NCBI GenBank assembly: GCA_002633005.1
Contig: NMRA01000204.1
Location: 576,272 to 640,271 of the forward strand
Length of the DNA: 64,000 bases
DNA from: Phoronis australis
Taxonomy: Eukaryota; Animalia; Phoronida
Direction: 5' to 3'
The notes below the pieces were generated by a model. The model ran no database searches. It was not told the origin of the DNA and saw only the letters and a program-made list of their open reading frames with translations. Below, in pieces: positions 1-12,591 of the stretch. The position numbers and the translations under genes are program-made. Each line of letters begins with the position of its first letter. Position 1 is the stretch's first letter.

Positions 1-435
1 CATGCGGAAAATGTCTCGTATTTTAATGGATTGCAAGCACTATGTTCAGAATGTGTGAAAAGAAAACACTACAATGCACAGATTCCCTAATCTGCCATTT
101 CTTAAACAATTTCTACACAAAAATGCTGCCATCGACATCCTCTCTGCTGTTGAAATTAGTTGTGTGGTTTAAGGCATAAATGGTCAATGCGCTTATCATG
201 TGAACAACAAAACAGTTCAGTAACTTAACAATGGACAGGAGGTAGTGCCCTCTTTTGGAAAAATGTCTCAGTTTGTGAGGAGACACAAGCAGGCAAATGG
301 AAGCAGTTCTCACGATTCAGTATTCTCATGTGAATGTTAACACCAGGCAAATGTGGATACCCTCTATTGAGTGTATTGAAGTCAAAACGTAAGCAAATGT
401 AGTGTATTTGACTAACAATTACTAAACAACATTAC

Positions 436-3400
436 CTTACAAGATCCTTATACATGAGCTGTGTTGTTTGAAGGTAAGGCCCCAGAACATCTTCATACTG
501 ACACACCTGTCCGCCCAGACACAGATGTTTGAAGAGCAAAAATAAGAATTCGCTTCGTTCTGAATCGCTGTACAAATCGAAGAAGTCTGAGTCTTCTATT
601 AACAACATCTGCAATGAACACACCACAGTTGCATAACGCATACAAAATCTGACATGAGAAGACCCCAGTACAGAATGGAACTTTTTGAGATTAACTAATG
701 AACACTTACTTAATAGAAAATTAATTCAGATTCTCAATTGACAACATTGCCCACGAGCAACGAGGAGCATTGATACGCACCCACTGTGTGCATTGCATAC
801 AGCGCAGATACAAGAGATGATCAGTATTTTAACATTCCCACTGATCAGAACAATACTTGAAATAGTCTATAGAGGGTGAAAAACAAGTCAGTAATTCAGG
901 GCTTGGAATGACCAATGACAAAAAACGCGGAAACTTTTACAGCCCAAATCATGCCCGATAACCCGTCTTGAAATGGTCAATGTGAACCTTTCCCCGACAA
1001 AAATCGGGAGGACTAACAAAAAAAAGGTTACCACCATCAGTAGCATGCGTCTGCGTCCTTTTAGGTCGGCCGTCCACACCCAAACCCACACAATTTTGGC
1101 TGCAGAGCGGTAGTATTTGTCGCCGCGCTTAACAATAACACGAGACGCCATTGAAAATCCCACCACGCTGTCCCAGATGCCTCGGCAATGTTGACAATTT
1201 ACGTTCCTCCGAAACATAAAGAGCAACTTCCGCTTTTCGAGGTGAATGTCGTCTGCAACGCCGCGGTAAGAAAGGAATTTGCTGCGCAAATTTTATATCA
1301 AATCGGATTTTTTTACGCGGAAATATTATAAAAAAAGCGGAAAGCACATTTGAAAAAAGCGGAAATCCGCGTTTCCGCGGAAAATTCCAAGCCCTGGTAA
1401 TTGTCTCCTCAATAAAAAGTACACCTTTCTTCGTGATAGTTCAAGCAGTTGGGAGGCACAGCATTAATAAAAAGGCAACGCAGGTGAAACATGGAGCAGC
1501 TGGTGTCAGCTACAAGTAACTTGATTGCCAAAAATGTGAACATCCATTACAGAACTTTCTATATATCAAGGCAAACACAAAGAAAACCAAAGTTACCACA
1601 AGGCAACTGCATGGCAGTCACATTTGTCTCGGAATACATGTCGGTTGCATACCCCTCAACAGAAACATTTCAAATTTCATGAATATCCATCAAGAAACCT
1701 CAAATGTGCACAGTGGTAGTTGGATCTGTCCCACATTGTCATACATTGTTGCATTCAAAGAAATAATTCCTAATTTCAACAAAGATCCCGCAAGGGTTTA
1801 GGAGAAACAAAGAACAAAAAAATGCCATAGTAGTCTAAGCCAACCCATAATTAATGTCAATTCAGCTCTTCTCAATAGGAACTCAGCTGCCAATTTTCAT
1901 TTTTTTGAATGATTTGGCAGATAGAGAGGTGAAGAGAAAAAGAAATGTAGAAATGGCTACTAGGTGGCACAGAACACGTTAATCCATCTGAAGATGGGAA
2001 GGCATCGTCGACTCCCAAGTTCCTGGACCATTTGCCAAATTTCATCAACTTGGCAAATGTAAAAATGTAATTGGCACTAGGAGGTAAAGAAATCATCCGA
2101 AAATTTGCTCACACCATCCCACCCACAATAGGAACAAGTCTGCAAAATTTCAGGATCATCTAGCAAGGGGTTTTGGAGATAGAGCAGCAGATACTAGACA
2201 CTAGATGGGGCTGACATCATTTTATGTTCTCACATATACATGTGGGCGCATGAAAATAACAAAAAAACCAAGCAATTTATAAGTGATATGTGAATTTAGA
2301 ATAAACCCTCAACATGTGTGCGTGCACTCAACATACCACTTTGATTATTTATCTCAAGTATTCATTGCAATGGATAGACATTTCCTGGCTAGACAGTTTT
2401 ATTGCATTTCAAAACACGATATCCACTGGCGTACCTAGGATGTCCTAAAGAGGGCACAGGTTTGATAACCCCTAAGAACATCATGGCGATGGGACTTTAT
2501 TCAAGGTTGCATCTTCGGGTCATTCCCGTCACTACAGAAAACAGAATTTTGTCAGATTCTTTGTCATGTGTTTAGATTTGACTTTTGATCAAAAAATGCC
2601 ACCTGTCCAATTTGTGCCCCGAGCTTATAAGAAACTGGTAAAGTTTCACAAAGAGGACAGTAGTCCCTTGCCTTTCGTAATTCATCTGATACTTGGAAGT
2701 CTTCGTAGAATTCATCAAAACATTTCTTTATGTATTTTTCTTCCCCTCGCACGATATCATCAGTGAGACGATCAAAGAAGCCCATGGATGTCAAAGTACA
2801 AGGGACAGCTTCCACGTTGACACTGGTAGCCTTGACGCCTACAATCAGTTCAATCAGTATGCGATTACAGAACTCAGTGACATGCAATAACTCACCGACA
2901 AGATACCTAGTATGTACTCTGCATATTACAATTGCCTCAGTGTAGGTGCACGAAGTTGTGAACATTCCTGACATTTATAATGAAAACATGCTTTTTGGAA
3001 AAAGCATGGAAAAGCATTATTTATATACATTTTAAGTAGCCTTGATGCTAAAGTAGATACAGAAACTAAATTCTGCAGCAAGGTTTTAGAAAGTTGGTCT
3101 AGGTAAGTGGACAAAATTTTAAAAGTACAATGTGAAGTTTTTAACAACGTATCCCACACAAAATAAAGAAATATAAGCAGAGAGTAAGAATGAAGTTGAC
3201 AAATATAAGGATATGGTAAGACAACATGTAAAATGTCCAAATTTGGCTAATAGGTTAATATATCTCGCAGATTGGCGATTGCATTCAAATGAAACTTTCT
3301 GTACTTTCGCCGCTGTTCTCTGAAACGCTATTAGGAATTGTTTTAAAGTGTTCCACTTTGGAATGAGGGGCTTTCAAAAATCATGACTTTCAGGATTTTT

Positions 3401-5979
3401 ATGATAAAAATCAAGTTGCGCAAAAAAAAACGAAAGGATAATTTAGAAACAACTAACGGCGTTTTTGAAATTTCTTGGCAATGTTATCGATACAACGTTT
3501 TGATGTGAATGATCTTTCTTTTTCATAATTTTTTGTGAAAAGACATGACACAATTTATGGATAAAAAGATGGATACGGATGGTGCAGATACATTAAAACC
3601 AAATGTTCCAAGTGGTGTGCTCTCCATCAGCAGTGTATGGTAAAATACATATCCATCGTTATACTTACCCTGTAGCCAGAATATTTCCATCATCAGTCTG
3701 CAGCATTTTACCTTACACCGCTGACGAAAAGCGCAGCCCTCAGAATGTTTGCTTTTTAATATGATCTGTACAAACTATATTCGTCTTTTCGTCTATTTTA
3801 TGTGTACATTTTTGTCAGTAATGGCACATAGCTGTTTACACTTCTAAGAAGTTTCAGGATTTACAATACATCAGAATATTCATTCAGCGAAAGCTGTACC
3901 CTATAGGGACTAGGGTAGTTAACAACGATCACTAAACACAACAACTGTGAAATGCAAAAAAAAATTACTGGGTTATTCAATGTATTGCTACACAGACCAG
4001 GTCCCAAAAATTGTAAGTAAACTAGACAGTGTGAAATACTTACCCACAGGGCACCATTTGTCATTAGACGATAAAATTTGTAAGTTGGTAGTCACATAGG
4101 GGTCTTGAAAAAAGGCCTGTAAAACAAAGTAACAAATTACTGAAAATTAAATATTTTAATAAAAATCTGGTACGTAAATGTTTGGTAGCACATTCATGAA
4201 CCTTACCACTATCCTATTTCTGTTCTGCTAAAAAGCAAATCATCAGACTGATACACCTAAAGTGAGAATAGTTGAACATGTATCTAAAGTGTTTTTTACT
4301 GAAATCTTATTAACGAGTGAATCAAATAGAACAAATTTCGTCAAAATAATGGTAAAAGAGTATTCTTGTTCAACTTTTCAGTGCTTTGCTAACGCTCAAC
4401 AGTTCTCAAAGCTCTGTGTAGGAATGAATACATTAAAAAAGGAAGTTAAAGTTAAACTCCAGTTCATTTTCTAATTTATGCTCAAATTGTAACCTTTAAT
4501 GCAAAACCACTAAATTCCAAAGTAAATGATTGATACTTAGTGTCCACCTACCAAAACTTGTAAAAACATACCAAAACAAATTCGTCTTTTTGATAACCCT
4601 GGAACTGTTGGTCAAAGGAAAATGACTGAGCCTTTATCCGTCCACGCATTCCCCTAAAAAGATTCGACATGTGATGGTGACACCTGAGTCAAGACATTTT
4701 ACCATTATCTCCCCTCGTGTATTATTGCAGCAATCTTCCTGTTAAGATGACATTGCCACCAATATACTAATGTATAAAGACTGCGGCGCTGCTCCGTGTT
4801 ATTTTCCGATTTGCGTTGCCATGACAACTAATCTGCAGACACTCCAGATTTCTGCTTACTTCGCGTGTGGACACATAGCCAGCCTTGATAGGTGTTTATA
4901 TGTGCCTGGCTTGGAACTAACATCTCTACGCCTTGAAATGCTTAATTGTCGTGGTGTCATGATAAGACACAATTATATTATAAAGACATGGTGATTTGTG
5001 CCCTACTATAGCTGACAGTGTTGCTGTGTTGCCTCATGCTCCTTTCCAGCCTTTCACTGTAGTCATAACTGTGCTACACGTGCGCATATTGTGCTTACGT
5101 TTGAGACCGTTCTTGATTTGGACCCTTACTAATGAACGTTAAGGATCTACCTCACAATTGTGCCTTAAATCGTGACATCTGGTCTGATCATATACTTGGT
5201 ATGGACTTTTACCAATAGATATACTAGTATTACATCTAAAGATGGTGCTGGACCAAATAATACCAGAGATCTACAACACACTGACAAGACAAGTGCAGTA
5301 ATAACTGAGATTACCAGTCCCGGGAACCGAACCAGCGACCCCGATAAAACTGGCAAGCATGCTAACCATTCAGCTAATAGGTAATTGCCCTTTAGCGAGT
5401 GGCTAACACAGACTCGTATGATTCACCAGAAGCACACCTACAACATTCCCTCTTCTTTTCCTGACGGAACAGGCACGCCACCTGGAAGGTGAACACCAGG
5501 TTGTCTCACATGCAGGTATATCAACTTCTCATACCCATGGTACCTTTACCACCACAACACATGTAAACATAAGGTTGTCTCAGTAATTGTTTATAACATG
5601 ACGACATAGACTTACACACATGTCTTTAGCTTTACATTTTGATACAAGTTTCACGGCGTGGTGACGAGCAGAACTACCGTGGCTGCGTGCAATTTCGGGG
5701 TCTACGGAAGAAATACACACAGTGGTACCTAGCTGTACTTTGACGACAGTCGTCATCGTCATACAGCTAGCTGGCTGGCTAAACAAAACCATGAAAATCT
5801 GTCGTGGTTCACTCCTATCGTCACGGTGATTCCAAAAATGTGGTACTCGTACCGATTGGTACCACTTACCATTTCATGAAATTGTCACTGGTTTCCTTGC
5901 CATCGATGGACAAGAATTTTTTGCCGTCTAAATACTGAAAGGAGAACGCAGCATTCTGTTTGTCGCCTTCCATGGTCAT
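436..5979 (-). CDS. CFAP300: Cilia- and flagella-associated protein 300 (C11orf70), exons 1-5; 3' end lies outside the window
   Basis: Phase-compatible exons 5979(or 5973)-5870 (MEGDKQNAAFSFQYLDGKKFLSIDGKETSDNFMKW), 4653-4572 (GMRGRIKAQSFSFDQQFQGYQKDEFVL), 4116-4044 (AFFQDPYVTTNLQILSSNDKWCPVG), 2838-2672 (VKATSVNVEAVPCTLTSMGFFDRL...SDELRK) and 608-436 (MLLIEDSD...EFLFLLFKHLCLGGQVCQYED...YKDLV). Matches remembered CFAP300 motifs (GRIKAQ.F.FDQ, FKHLCLGG.CQYED). GT-AG junctions except intron 4, which is GC-AG. Confidence 0.93.
897..1396. mobile_element. Non-autonomous DNA transposon (MITE), 13-bp TIR, 6-bp TSD
   Basis: TIR CAGGGCTTGGAAT ... ATTCCAAGCCCTG, flanked by GTAATT at 891-896 and 1397-1402. 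Confidence 0.85.
1830..2255 (-). mobile_element. Fragment of the Helentron-like (HINE-type) family also seen at 17.6-19.7 kb
   Basis: Reverse strand starts TTTTCATGCGCCCACAT, like the 31329 copy. Carries CTAC/CAC-TAG(G/A)(T/A)GG motifs near 1957, 2075 and 2199. Left boundary approximate. Confidence 0.5.
3250..3540. repeat. Interspersed repeat, inverted homolog of about 11750-12030
   Basis: GCTGTTCTCTGAAACGCTATTAGGAATTG...TTCCACTTTGGAATGAG matches the reverse complement of about 11915-11975. Boundaries approximate. Confidence 0.55.
5294..5445 (-). repeat. tRNA-like (A-box/B-box) interspersed repeat, copy 1, in CFAP300 intron 1
   Basis: Reverse complement of 6387-6538; on the minus strand it contains TAGCTGAATGG (A-box-like) and GGTTCGGTTCCC (B-box-like). 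Confidence 0.7.
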
Positions 5980-6256
5980 GTGCCCGCAAAACTACTGATT
6001 AATGAGAAAATCTCGGGTTTTTGAAAAATAATTCAAATACAGTCAAACGTATTAATAAGGTAATTGAGGTGCTTATTACTGCTAGAAATTTAACGAATTA
6101 GGTGTTACATAATAACTAAAGTCTGGTAAAAATTAGGAAGCAATTTTGTCATACATTCCAACGAAACATTTTCGCTCCGCAAAGTAACCTCGTTTTCTTG
6201 TTTTGAAAATTACAAATATCTAATCTTATCGTATCGAAACGCACGTAGACTGAGGT

Positions 6257-6277
6257 ATGAGCTCTTCACCGACAGAG
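6257..6277 (+). CDS. Candidate first coding mini-exon (MSSSPTE) of the zinc-finger gene
   Basis: ATG AGC TCT TCA CCG ACA GAG|GTGAGT: strong phase-0 donor, compatible with the phase-0 exon at 15317, about 280 bp head-to-head with the CFAP300 start. No homology support. Confidence 0.4.
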
Positions 6278-6386
6278 GTGAGTTGATTGGTGTTGATTTA
6301 TGATTCATTTTGTTGTGTTTCCTCCATCGCTATAAAGTGGTCCCGCATTTTGAGAACCAGCCTGCACTTGATCACTGAACAATGGT

Positions 6387-6538
6387 GTTGTAGATGTGCT
6401 TCCTGTGAATCATATTTGAGCCTCTGTTAGCTACTCGCTAACGGGCAATTGCCTATTAGCTGAATGGTTAGCACGCTTGCCGGTTTTATGGGGGTCGCTG
6501 GTTAGATCCCCGGGTCGGGTAATCTCGGCTATTACTGC
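6387..6538 (+). repeat. tRNA-like (A-box/B-box) interspersed repeat, copy 2
   Basis: TAGCTGAATGGTTAGCACG...GGTTAGATCCCCGG; inverted relative to copy 1. No convincing cloverleaf, so not called a tRNA gene. Confidence 0.7.
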
Positions 6539-7629
6539 AATGGCATATGACATGCGGTAGACAGTGATGGGCCGCCATTTCTGCAAAAAAACATAAAATT
6601 GTATATTCAATTCCATTTAATGAACTCGATGCGACAATTCAATCCTATCTTGTGTATTCAATGCTATTACATCAATTCAATCCACACTTGTCAACTCAAT
6701 GCTGTTTTGTATATATTCTATCGTGTTTTCTTAAACCAATGCTGTTTTATCGATTCTGTTTCGTGTATTCTATCGTGTTGTGAGTTTAATCCCATTTCAT
6801 GAATTCAATCCAGTTTCATCGATTCTGTTTCGTCAATCCTGGCAGCCTAATAACACAACTAATATATCGCATGTGCGCATGCGCATGGATAAGGACATGT
6901 GCTCTTTGGCGATCTTCCAGCCTGAGATGTAGACGACAAGACTCTCGAAATAGAAACTTTTAGAACATATCTTCGAGAAATGCAACAGTTCGATGACGGT
7001 TTTCTATATAGGTTGCAGCATTTGCTTCAGAGAATATTGGATGTTTCAGGGACATAAGATGTGGTTTTGCCCTTGTCACGCGAATAATGTGCGTTTGTGA
7101 GTAGGCGGAAGCTGACTGACATACTGTTAGCGAAGACACCCTGGAGTAAATACCTTCTTATAGGCAGAAACTTCCCGTTTGACTTATGACATTTCTTGCC
7201 TGCGATCTACTAGTGAGTGTTTTTAAACTGGTGTGATATAACTTTAACACGAACAATATCACAAGTGGAACTGGAAACTCACAAGTACTCAGCCTGTTGC
7301 CAGGTGCACATGCGGTGCCTGAAACAACGGCGAAGCCAGAGGCACTGGTGGGTTTTGCATCCGTTGTTTCTTTTCTTGTGTGGTATGCGTGATGCAGATG
7401 GTACAGCTTTCCAGACACTCGAAAAATACCCCGATGTTCACAAAAATATTCAGATCTTCATCAAGTAATAAAAAATAAATTTTCTAAATGGATGTAAAAA
7501 TCTCGACCCGAGTGAAAATAAGGTTTTATTCGATATGGTCTCAAATTTCTTTTTAATATTAAATCTCTTTGTGTGAGTCGATAAAATTGTATACAATAGG
7601 ATTTAAGACAAAGAAGGTCTTCGTTAACT

Positions 7630-8870
7630 CTCTATTGATATGCAAGGATAATACTTACATTACATGTGGTCCGTAATATTACTGGACTAAGATATGCATA
7701 CACAACATTTCCCCTCGTTTCAAAAAAGTTAAATCACAATAAGTAAGGTACAATCCGGTAACCATTTCGGTCATAAAGTCATCAAGATAACACTAAAATC
7801 TAACTCGTAAACAGGTTAACTAACTATATGCGAGTATATATAGTGTCTTTCACATGTCGTGAAATCTCGCCGGGAGCTTTACAGCTCGTCCCGACCTGAT
7901 GTGGTAGAGACCATCATTCGTAGAGGTTGACATTCCACCCAGGGGGGGCTCATTTGGCGAAGTGGGCAAAAAGGTCCGCCCCCGAGAGACAAAAATCCGA
8001 GGAAATGGGACAAAATTTCACTAAATAAGCCAAATGCACAAATCACAGTAGTGCTTCGGTTTTTTTTTTAGTCCGCCCGCTCTTTTGTTAGCAAATGGTC
8101 CACAACGCCGGCAATTCGAGCCCTCCCAAACTGAATGCTGGGTGCGCGCATAAGAGCACATCCAGTTGTATGGCTTCTTTCTCGGATGGGGTATAGTCAT
8201 CGGGAGGCTGTGTCTCTTCTTTCGTTGAGCGAATGTTTCGACGGTTTCGCTGAACTTCAACGCCTTTAGATTTGCGAACAATGTATGAGCTAGGTGCTTG
8301 TTTGCTCTTCTTTACGACTGTCGTAGGTTCCCATTTCTTAGAGATAGGGTTTTGCACTGTGATGTGTTGGTTGTCACTGAGTTCTGTAAGTGGTTGCATG
8401 TTAGTTGTTATATTCAGCTTGCTTTGTGGAAAAAATCTGTGTGTTTGAGGGGCTTGCTGGGGGTGGGGGGTAACGCGTCGGAATCATGGACGCCCTGGAA
8501 TATTGGGAATCCCATTTTGGAACCCTATTTTTGAAATCCTGGATAAAGGCCTGGCTAGGTGTTAGTCATTTTCGGTTATTCGTCGAATATCTTGTAAGCA
8601 CGGCGTTGTTACACTGACTAGACTGTCATAGACATCTGAAATAGCAAAGCCAGGAAGTGAGTTTCTAGAGAGAGCGTCTAGCAACAGGAATGTTCTTTCC
8701 TGGAGTGTAGGTCATACTGCTGTATGCGAAGTAACATACGTAACAGTCTAGGTGGGGCGCTTGATAGTTTCTTCTTGGTGATATTCATGAGCGGTTAGTG
8801 GTCAGTTTCGATTTTCACAGGTCACCCATACACATAGTGATGAATATGTTCAAGTACGAAGGTAACTGGC
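7630..8870 (-). mobile_element. Decayed Gypsy/Ty3 LTR retrotransposon (RNase H and integrase C-terminal relics, PPT, start of 3' LTR)
   Basis: About 8870-8660 translates with stops and frameshifts to HHYVYG*PVKIETDH*PL...SAPPRLLRMLLRIQQYD...PGK...DALSR (RNase H). 8399-8220 gives WEPTTVV...PSSYIV...VQRNRRNIR. About 7915-7850 gives YHIRSGRAVKLPARFHDM*. Polypurine tract GAAACGAGGGGAAA is followed by TG at 7707. Interrupted by MITE fragments. Confidence 0.85.
8450..8553. repeat. DNA-transposon end fragment shared with about 56330-56460
   Basis: Both copies read CATGGA(C/T)GCCCTGGAAT...CCCTATTTT(T/C)GAAATCCTGGATAAAG(G/C)CCTG. Confidence 0.7.
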
Positions 8871-8894
8871 CATTTTTGCACTGCGCATGCCAGG

Positions 8895-10016
8895 GGATAT
8901 GATGTCATACCACCTGACGTGCGCAGTGTTAAAAATTACTAGTTTCCGATTTTGAGAACTGAACGAGGGACTGATCGAACAAAAAGGTGAAATATAATGA
9001 GGCTATGCCTTCCACGTGCATGCAAACAAGTGTTGGTCTTTAGCAGAACTTATCGCGGGTGTTGTGCAAGAAATTCCAGGTGATATGCTACATCTGTGGT
9101 AGTTAAAATCCCAGGGGGTGGTTAATCGAGGAAGGCTGGCAATTAAAAAGAATTCCTCAGGGGATAGGCATACTTCTGTTGTAGTAAATCCAGAAATAGT
9201 GCTCTGTTGTAGTGAATCCAGGAATAGTGGCAGTTATGCAAGAATTTTCTAGGGGATAGTCAGCTCGTTATATTTAGCTCGTTATAGTGAGATGTACATA
9301 TATGTACCTATAGAAGTGGGTCCATCACGCGATGCCACTAAGAGTAGTATTTAAGGCACTGGCTCTTGAGACTAGACCAGACCGGATCTACCATAGATCA
9401 CAACCTCAGACCACGGGACACGATCCCAGAAGCAGACGACAACTTCGTGTGACCAAAAAGTCAAGAAGGTTCACAACTGAGGTATAGACACTTATCACAG
9501 ACGTTGGTCTCAGCCTGTTAGTCAATTTGAACCTGTCTAGCGATTGTTCTGGAGGAATAGTTCAGTTGTGACTTGTTTTGTGTTAATGTGTGTGGTAGCT
9601 ACAGGTAACTAGTGCCACTGTTGACTAGTAGTTTCTCCAGTAGGGATATCTTGTCTCAATCAGTTAGTCGTCAGTCTCACAACTTATTGTAATCTATTGT
9701 TTGTGAATCACAACGCTGTAAATTAATAGACATATTCTATTGTTAAAGTATTCGTGTGTTGTTTTATTTACTACCACGTGCGCGCCATCTGTCGGCCGCA
9801 ACACACATTGATCTACTACAACGGGAGTATTTTTTCGAGTCACTGGAAAAAATTAAATACATCAGTGGCCTCCTAAGGTGTGTCTCTATGCGCAAAAGGT
9901 ATTTATAACAACGTGACTTTGATGCTTTTGTCAGTGAGGCATAATTTGCCGAAAAAGCTTCCGGCGTATGAAGCTTCTATAGGTGCTACACCGTCTCTAG
10001 TTGACTAGATGGTGGT
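8895..10016. mobile_element. Partial copy of the 59140-59653 foldback family, interrupted by an insertion at 9060-9822
   Basis: 8895-8990 and 9823-10016 align in order with the centre and right arm of the 59 kb element (GGACTGATCGAA; GGCATAATTTGCC.AAAAAGCTTCCGG). Confidence 0.7.
9060..9822 (+). mobile_element. Putative solo LTR (about 760 bp)
   Basis: Begins TGTTGT and ends TACAA(C); CGGG on both sides is a possible 4-bp TSD; TATTTAA box near 9348; splits an older repeat. The terminal CA is imperfect and there is no second copy. Confidence 0.5.
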
Positions 10017-12591
10017 CATTGTCTAGATATTCGGTGGCGTGTAGAAAAATCCACGACCACATTACGTTACGATTCTACGTCCGAAGTCAGTGCTGCGTCA
10101 AATAATCGTTGGGATTGACAAGACTAGACAAGACATAGGTCGCATGCTGAAGGCGGGTATCGAAAACTGGCTGTAGGCATGATAGTCGAGTGTCTAAATC
10201 GTTCGACAGCTTGGCTAGCCTTGGTGCAAAGCTACGCTAAATATTAGCCTGCGAGCTAGCTGTATGGAGACTATCGTCAAAAAACAGCTAGGTACCATTG
10301 TGTGTTGAGCTCCATTAGACCCCGAAATTTCACAGAACCCGAGTAGTTTTGCTTGTCAAGTCGTGGGGTGGCATGCAAAATTTGTGAGTCAACCAAAACT
10401 CACCTTCCTCGTTGTAGCCGTTTAAGTGAAAAGTAATCTAATAAACATCATTTTCTTGCATAATTCTCCGCCTTTTCTTACAAAGAAACGTCTGTCGTTG
10501 TTTTGAAAACAGTATGCTCGTGACGGGCACACGCGCCATTTCCTAAATTTTTGTGGCATCTCTCAGTAGTTGTTGACAGCTTTCCTCTGAAATTTGTTTT
10601 GTTGGTATCAAAATATGAAAAAGTTGTAACGAAATGGAACGAGTTCTAGTAATTTTGTGACATGTACGCAACAGTTGATTGATGAATCGGCGAAAAAAAA
10701 AGAAGCTGGCCATTAGGTAATGCAATATTTCATGACACCGAAAGCCGGCGCAAAAGTTCGCTCCACAACTTTAGCAGCAGAATAACGGTAGAAGGCCAAT
10801 TTTTCAACACTGGTAAATATAATAGTTTATTCAAGAAAGAGTGTAGCTTTTAGGGACACTAATATTTTGTCACGACAGATTTTATGTGTCCAGTTTTTTA
10901 CCCACTTGGGCGCAGAGCCGTATATTTAGTATACAGCTTTGCACCAAATCTAATAAAATATAAGTTGATATATGTTTCACGACAAGGGGACGAACAGGTT
11001 CTAACTGAGCTCAACATACTGAGATACCTTGCTGTATTTTTGCATCGGCTTTTTGGGAACATCTTTTTGTGCTTTGACTGCGAATTTGTTGCGATCTCGC
11101 TGGAGCTGGACAGTGTGAATGGTACCAGAAGAAAGAAAATTACTAATGGTTTGTTGAAACCTTGTTTTGTGTAAATTTATTGAGTTTTGTGTGTTTGATA
11201 TGGACGGATGAAGTGAAGCACCTGTGGAATTTCTTGTCCTGATTGTCATACCTTGTAGTATTATACCGTAGGGAATTGGGGACGATCAGAAGCTGAGGAC
11301 GCTTCTGGTCATTACCAGCATTCAAAAAAGCAAGATTTTATGCACATGAGATTCAGTAAACAAGATGACATTGTACACAGTACAAGCTATTTGCTTCTGA
11401 GACTTGAACAGATTTCAGTGTATCAGGTATTCAAACCGAAATCGTCAGGTGTCGATCTAGAGTACACTGATGCTACATACATATGGGTCTTCTTATTTGC
11501 ACCATAACTCATCCACTGGTCATTGTCTCGCACAGAGTAACACCTTCAGCTTTGCTCTAGTTATCAGATATGTATGCGAATGCTTTGCTTTAAAGGTTAT
11601 GTAGGTCCTTATCGATAAGTCTATAATAAAAAACTGTAGATTTTAACCTAGTAAAAGTATAGAAAGCTTGCAAAACTTCATTTGTGACTGTTTCCCAAGC
11701 TGACACTAATTTGCCTTTTTAGTAAAATTTAGCTTAAACGGAAGGTTGATTGAAGAACAATTGTATCAATAACGTGACCAAATTTTGTTTAATACAAATG
11801 TTCAAAATGAAATCTCAAAATCGATGTTACACTTTTCTAAATTTTCTTTTTGTCTCCATTTCATACTGTTTTTGAGTTTTTCATAGAATTCATAAAAGTT
11901 CTATTTTTTGATAGCCTCTCATGCAAAAGTGGAAAATTTTAAAATCAATTCCTAACAGCGTTTTGGAGAACAGTGCTCAAATTATGGTTTCTGAAAATTT
12001 CTTATAAATCCACTCTGCCATTTCTGATGTATGGTGTTCCAAAGTTTACATAACTTTAAAATGGTGCAGGTTGAGCTTGTATATGTTGTTCAGGGCTAAG
12101 TCTGTGTGGATGGGAGTTTAGGTACGTAGGCTTTATACATCTGTATGTCATTAACCTTGGTGCCAAGTTGTATGCCGTATTGAATACATGTGTGGATGAA
12201 TCTTTTATCATCACTTCTGGTTAACTTTAAAATCGACATCTCCCTGTTCATGATAGAAAAAAATGATTTTCCAGACCCACTCCAACCAGGTGGAAATTAG
12301 TTTAAATTTGTTTTCTGCTATCAAAGGTCAAAGGATACAAAGCTGTCACTCCAATGGAATCTCCTGTCAGGCATATAGAGGTCTTCCATGTGTATCCTCA
12401 GTCCTTTCATTCACAGAGTTGCCATAATATTGAGTCAACGAGGTGTACTTGGCATAGAAAGATGCCAGTTGTGTGTCTGCGTGTATACGACCATTGAGAA
12501 TGCGTGCACCGAGTCTGAGTCAACGCGACACTCTGTGGTTTTGTGTTCATGAACATAGCAAGTTGCGAAAAAATATAAAATCCTCACCTAA

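Noticed and set aside
3668-3765. Minus-strand segment flanked by AG and GTAAGT inside CFAP300 intron 3
   Set aside because: No CFAP300 similarity, and exons 3 and 4 already join in frame without it.
10403-10540. Minus-strand ATGGCG start with a downstream GTGAGT donor
   Set aside because: The frame stops before the donor, it sits beside repeat sequence shared with 5690-5785, and no downstream partner exon was found.
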